NCBI GenBank assembly: GCA_025363435.1
Contig: JANYDY010000016.1
Coordinates: forward strand, 17,318 to 81,317
Direction: 5' to 3'
Origin: Betaproteobacteria bacterium
GTDB taxonomy: Bacteria; Pseudomonadota; Gammaproteobacteria; Burkholderiales; SG8-41
Length of the DNA: 64,000 bases
The position numbers and the translations under genes are program-made. The first letter of the stretch is position 1; each line of letters opens with the position of its first letter. Shown here piece after piece: positions 62,970 to 64,000 of the stretch. Under the pieces are notes generated by a model. That model searched no databases. It saw only the letters and a program-made list of their open reading frames with translations, and was not told the DNA's origin.

Positions 62970-64000
62970 TTAGATAACGCCGTCTTTTTTCAGCGCTTCC
63001 AGCCTGTCCTGATAGCCAAGCGCGCCGATGACTTCCGCCGTGTGCTGCCCCAGAAGCGGTGCCGGCGTGCGCACGCTGCCCGGTGTTTCCGACAATTTGA
63101 CCGGCACGCCGATGACGCTGATTTCACCGGCGGTCGGATGCTGTTGCTTGACGATCATTTCGCGCGCGATCACCTGCGGATCATCAACCATGCGGCCTAC
63201 CGTATTGACCGGCGCCGCCGGCACGCCTGCCTTGACCAGCAGATCGACCCAATAATCGCAGGGCTTCGCTGCATAGATCGGTGCGATAAAGTCATGCAAT
63301 GCTTCAGCATTGACAGTGCGCGCATCGCGCGTGGCAAAACGCGGATCGTCGGGCAGATGCTTGAGATCCATCACTTCGACGAAACGGTCCCACAACGCCG
63401 GATAACTCGCGAACACCGTCAGGTATTGGCCGTCCGAACATTTGAAAAAACCGGACGGCGCATTGCTGTCGTTGCGCCCGGTTTGCGCCACCCAATCGCC
63501 CTTGACATGAAAATGCTGCGCGACCGGGCTTACCATCAACGAAAGACCGGCTTCCAGCAGCGACATATCGACGTGCTGCCCCTTACCGGTTTTCAGACGA
63601 CGTATATAGGCGGCTTCAATGCCGTGCGTCGCCCACATCGAAGCGACGACGTCGCACAAGGCATAACCCATCGGCACCGGCGGCAGATCATCGATGATGG
63701 TGGTCGCCGCCAGGCCGGATTCCGCCAGCGCAATCATGTTGACGCCGGGGTAAGCCGTCTTGGGACCACTGTTGCCGTAACCGGACAGCGATGCATAAAC
63801 CAGCGCCGGGTTGATCAACTTCAGTTCGTCGTAGGTCAAGCCGAGCTTTTTCATCAGGCCTGGCCGGAAATTCTGAATCAGGATATCGGCGGTGCGCACC
63901 AGTTCAAGAAAAATTTCCCTGCCGGCAGGGTTCTTCAGATCGATGGTGACGCTTTTCTTGTTGCGATGAAGCATCATAAAAATGACACTCTCGCCGCCGA
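62970..64000 (-). CDS. CaiB/BaiF family III CoA-transferase, 5'-truncated by the window edge
   Basis: RNKKSVTIDL, QNFRPG, SLSGYG, APLLGQHT. Confidence 0.92.
   Translation of the reverse strand, partial: GGESVIFMMLHRNKKSVTIDLKNPAGREIFLELVRTADILIQNFRPGLMKKLGLTYDELKLINPALVYASLSGYGNSGPKTAYPGVNMIALAESGLAATTIIDDLPPVPMGYALCDVVASMWATHGIEAAYIRRLKTGKGQHVDMSLLEAGLSLMVSPVAQHFHVKGDWVAQTGRNDSNAPSGFFKCSDGQYLTVFASYPALWDRFVEVMDLKHLPDDPRFATRDARTVNAEALHDFIAPIYAAKPCDYWVDLLVKAGVPAAPVNTVGRMVDDPQVIAREMIVKQQHPTAGEISVIGVPVKLSETPGSVRTPAPLLGQHTAEVIGALGYQDRLEALKKDGVI

Overview
A 64-kb, roughly 60% GC chromosomal segment of a betaproteobacterium (inferred from gene content and order; three Bug/TctC genes). It is mostly core genes: leuCDB-asd-fimV-truA-trpFB, aroC, thyA-folA, apbC, metG, dnaE, a GltIJKL-like ABC transporter, argE, a DEAD-box helicase, typA, hemD and oxyR with a rubrerythrin-rubredoxin-reductase cluster. 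No rRNA, tRNA, CRISPR array, integrase or transposase was seen. The most striking signal is in metG. A DUF559 (Vsr/PD-(D/E)XK-like) endonuclease domain sits in frame in the linker before the C-terminal tRNA-binding domain. It is bracketed by a 41-bp inverted repeat (39/41 match) whose arms are each hairpins, and it directly follows a ~500-bp, ~40% GC patch covering the anticodon-binding domain. Together these look like a small nuclease-plus-palindrome element living inside an essential gene. Other notable items: a ThDP enzyme with a twin-arginine export signal near a cytochrome c; two PaaK-like adenylating enzymes flanking a methyltransferase; a REP-like hairpin doublet with covarying stems; an EamA gene broken by one in-frame TGA; and a near-consensus OxyR box upstream of rubrerythrin. 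All calls are from visual motif recognition; no searches were run.
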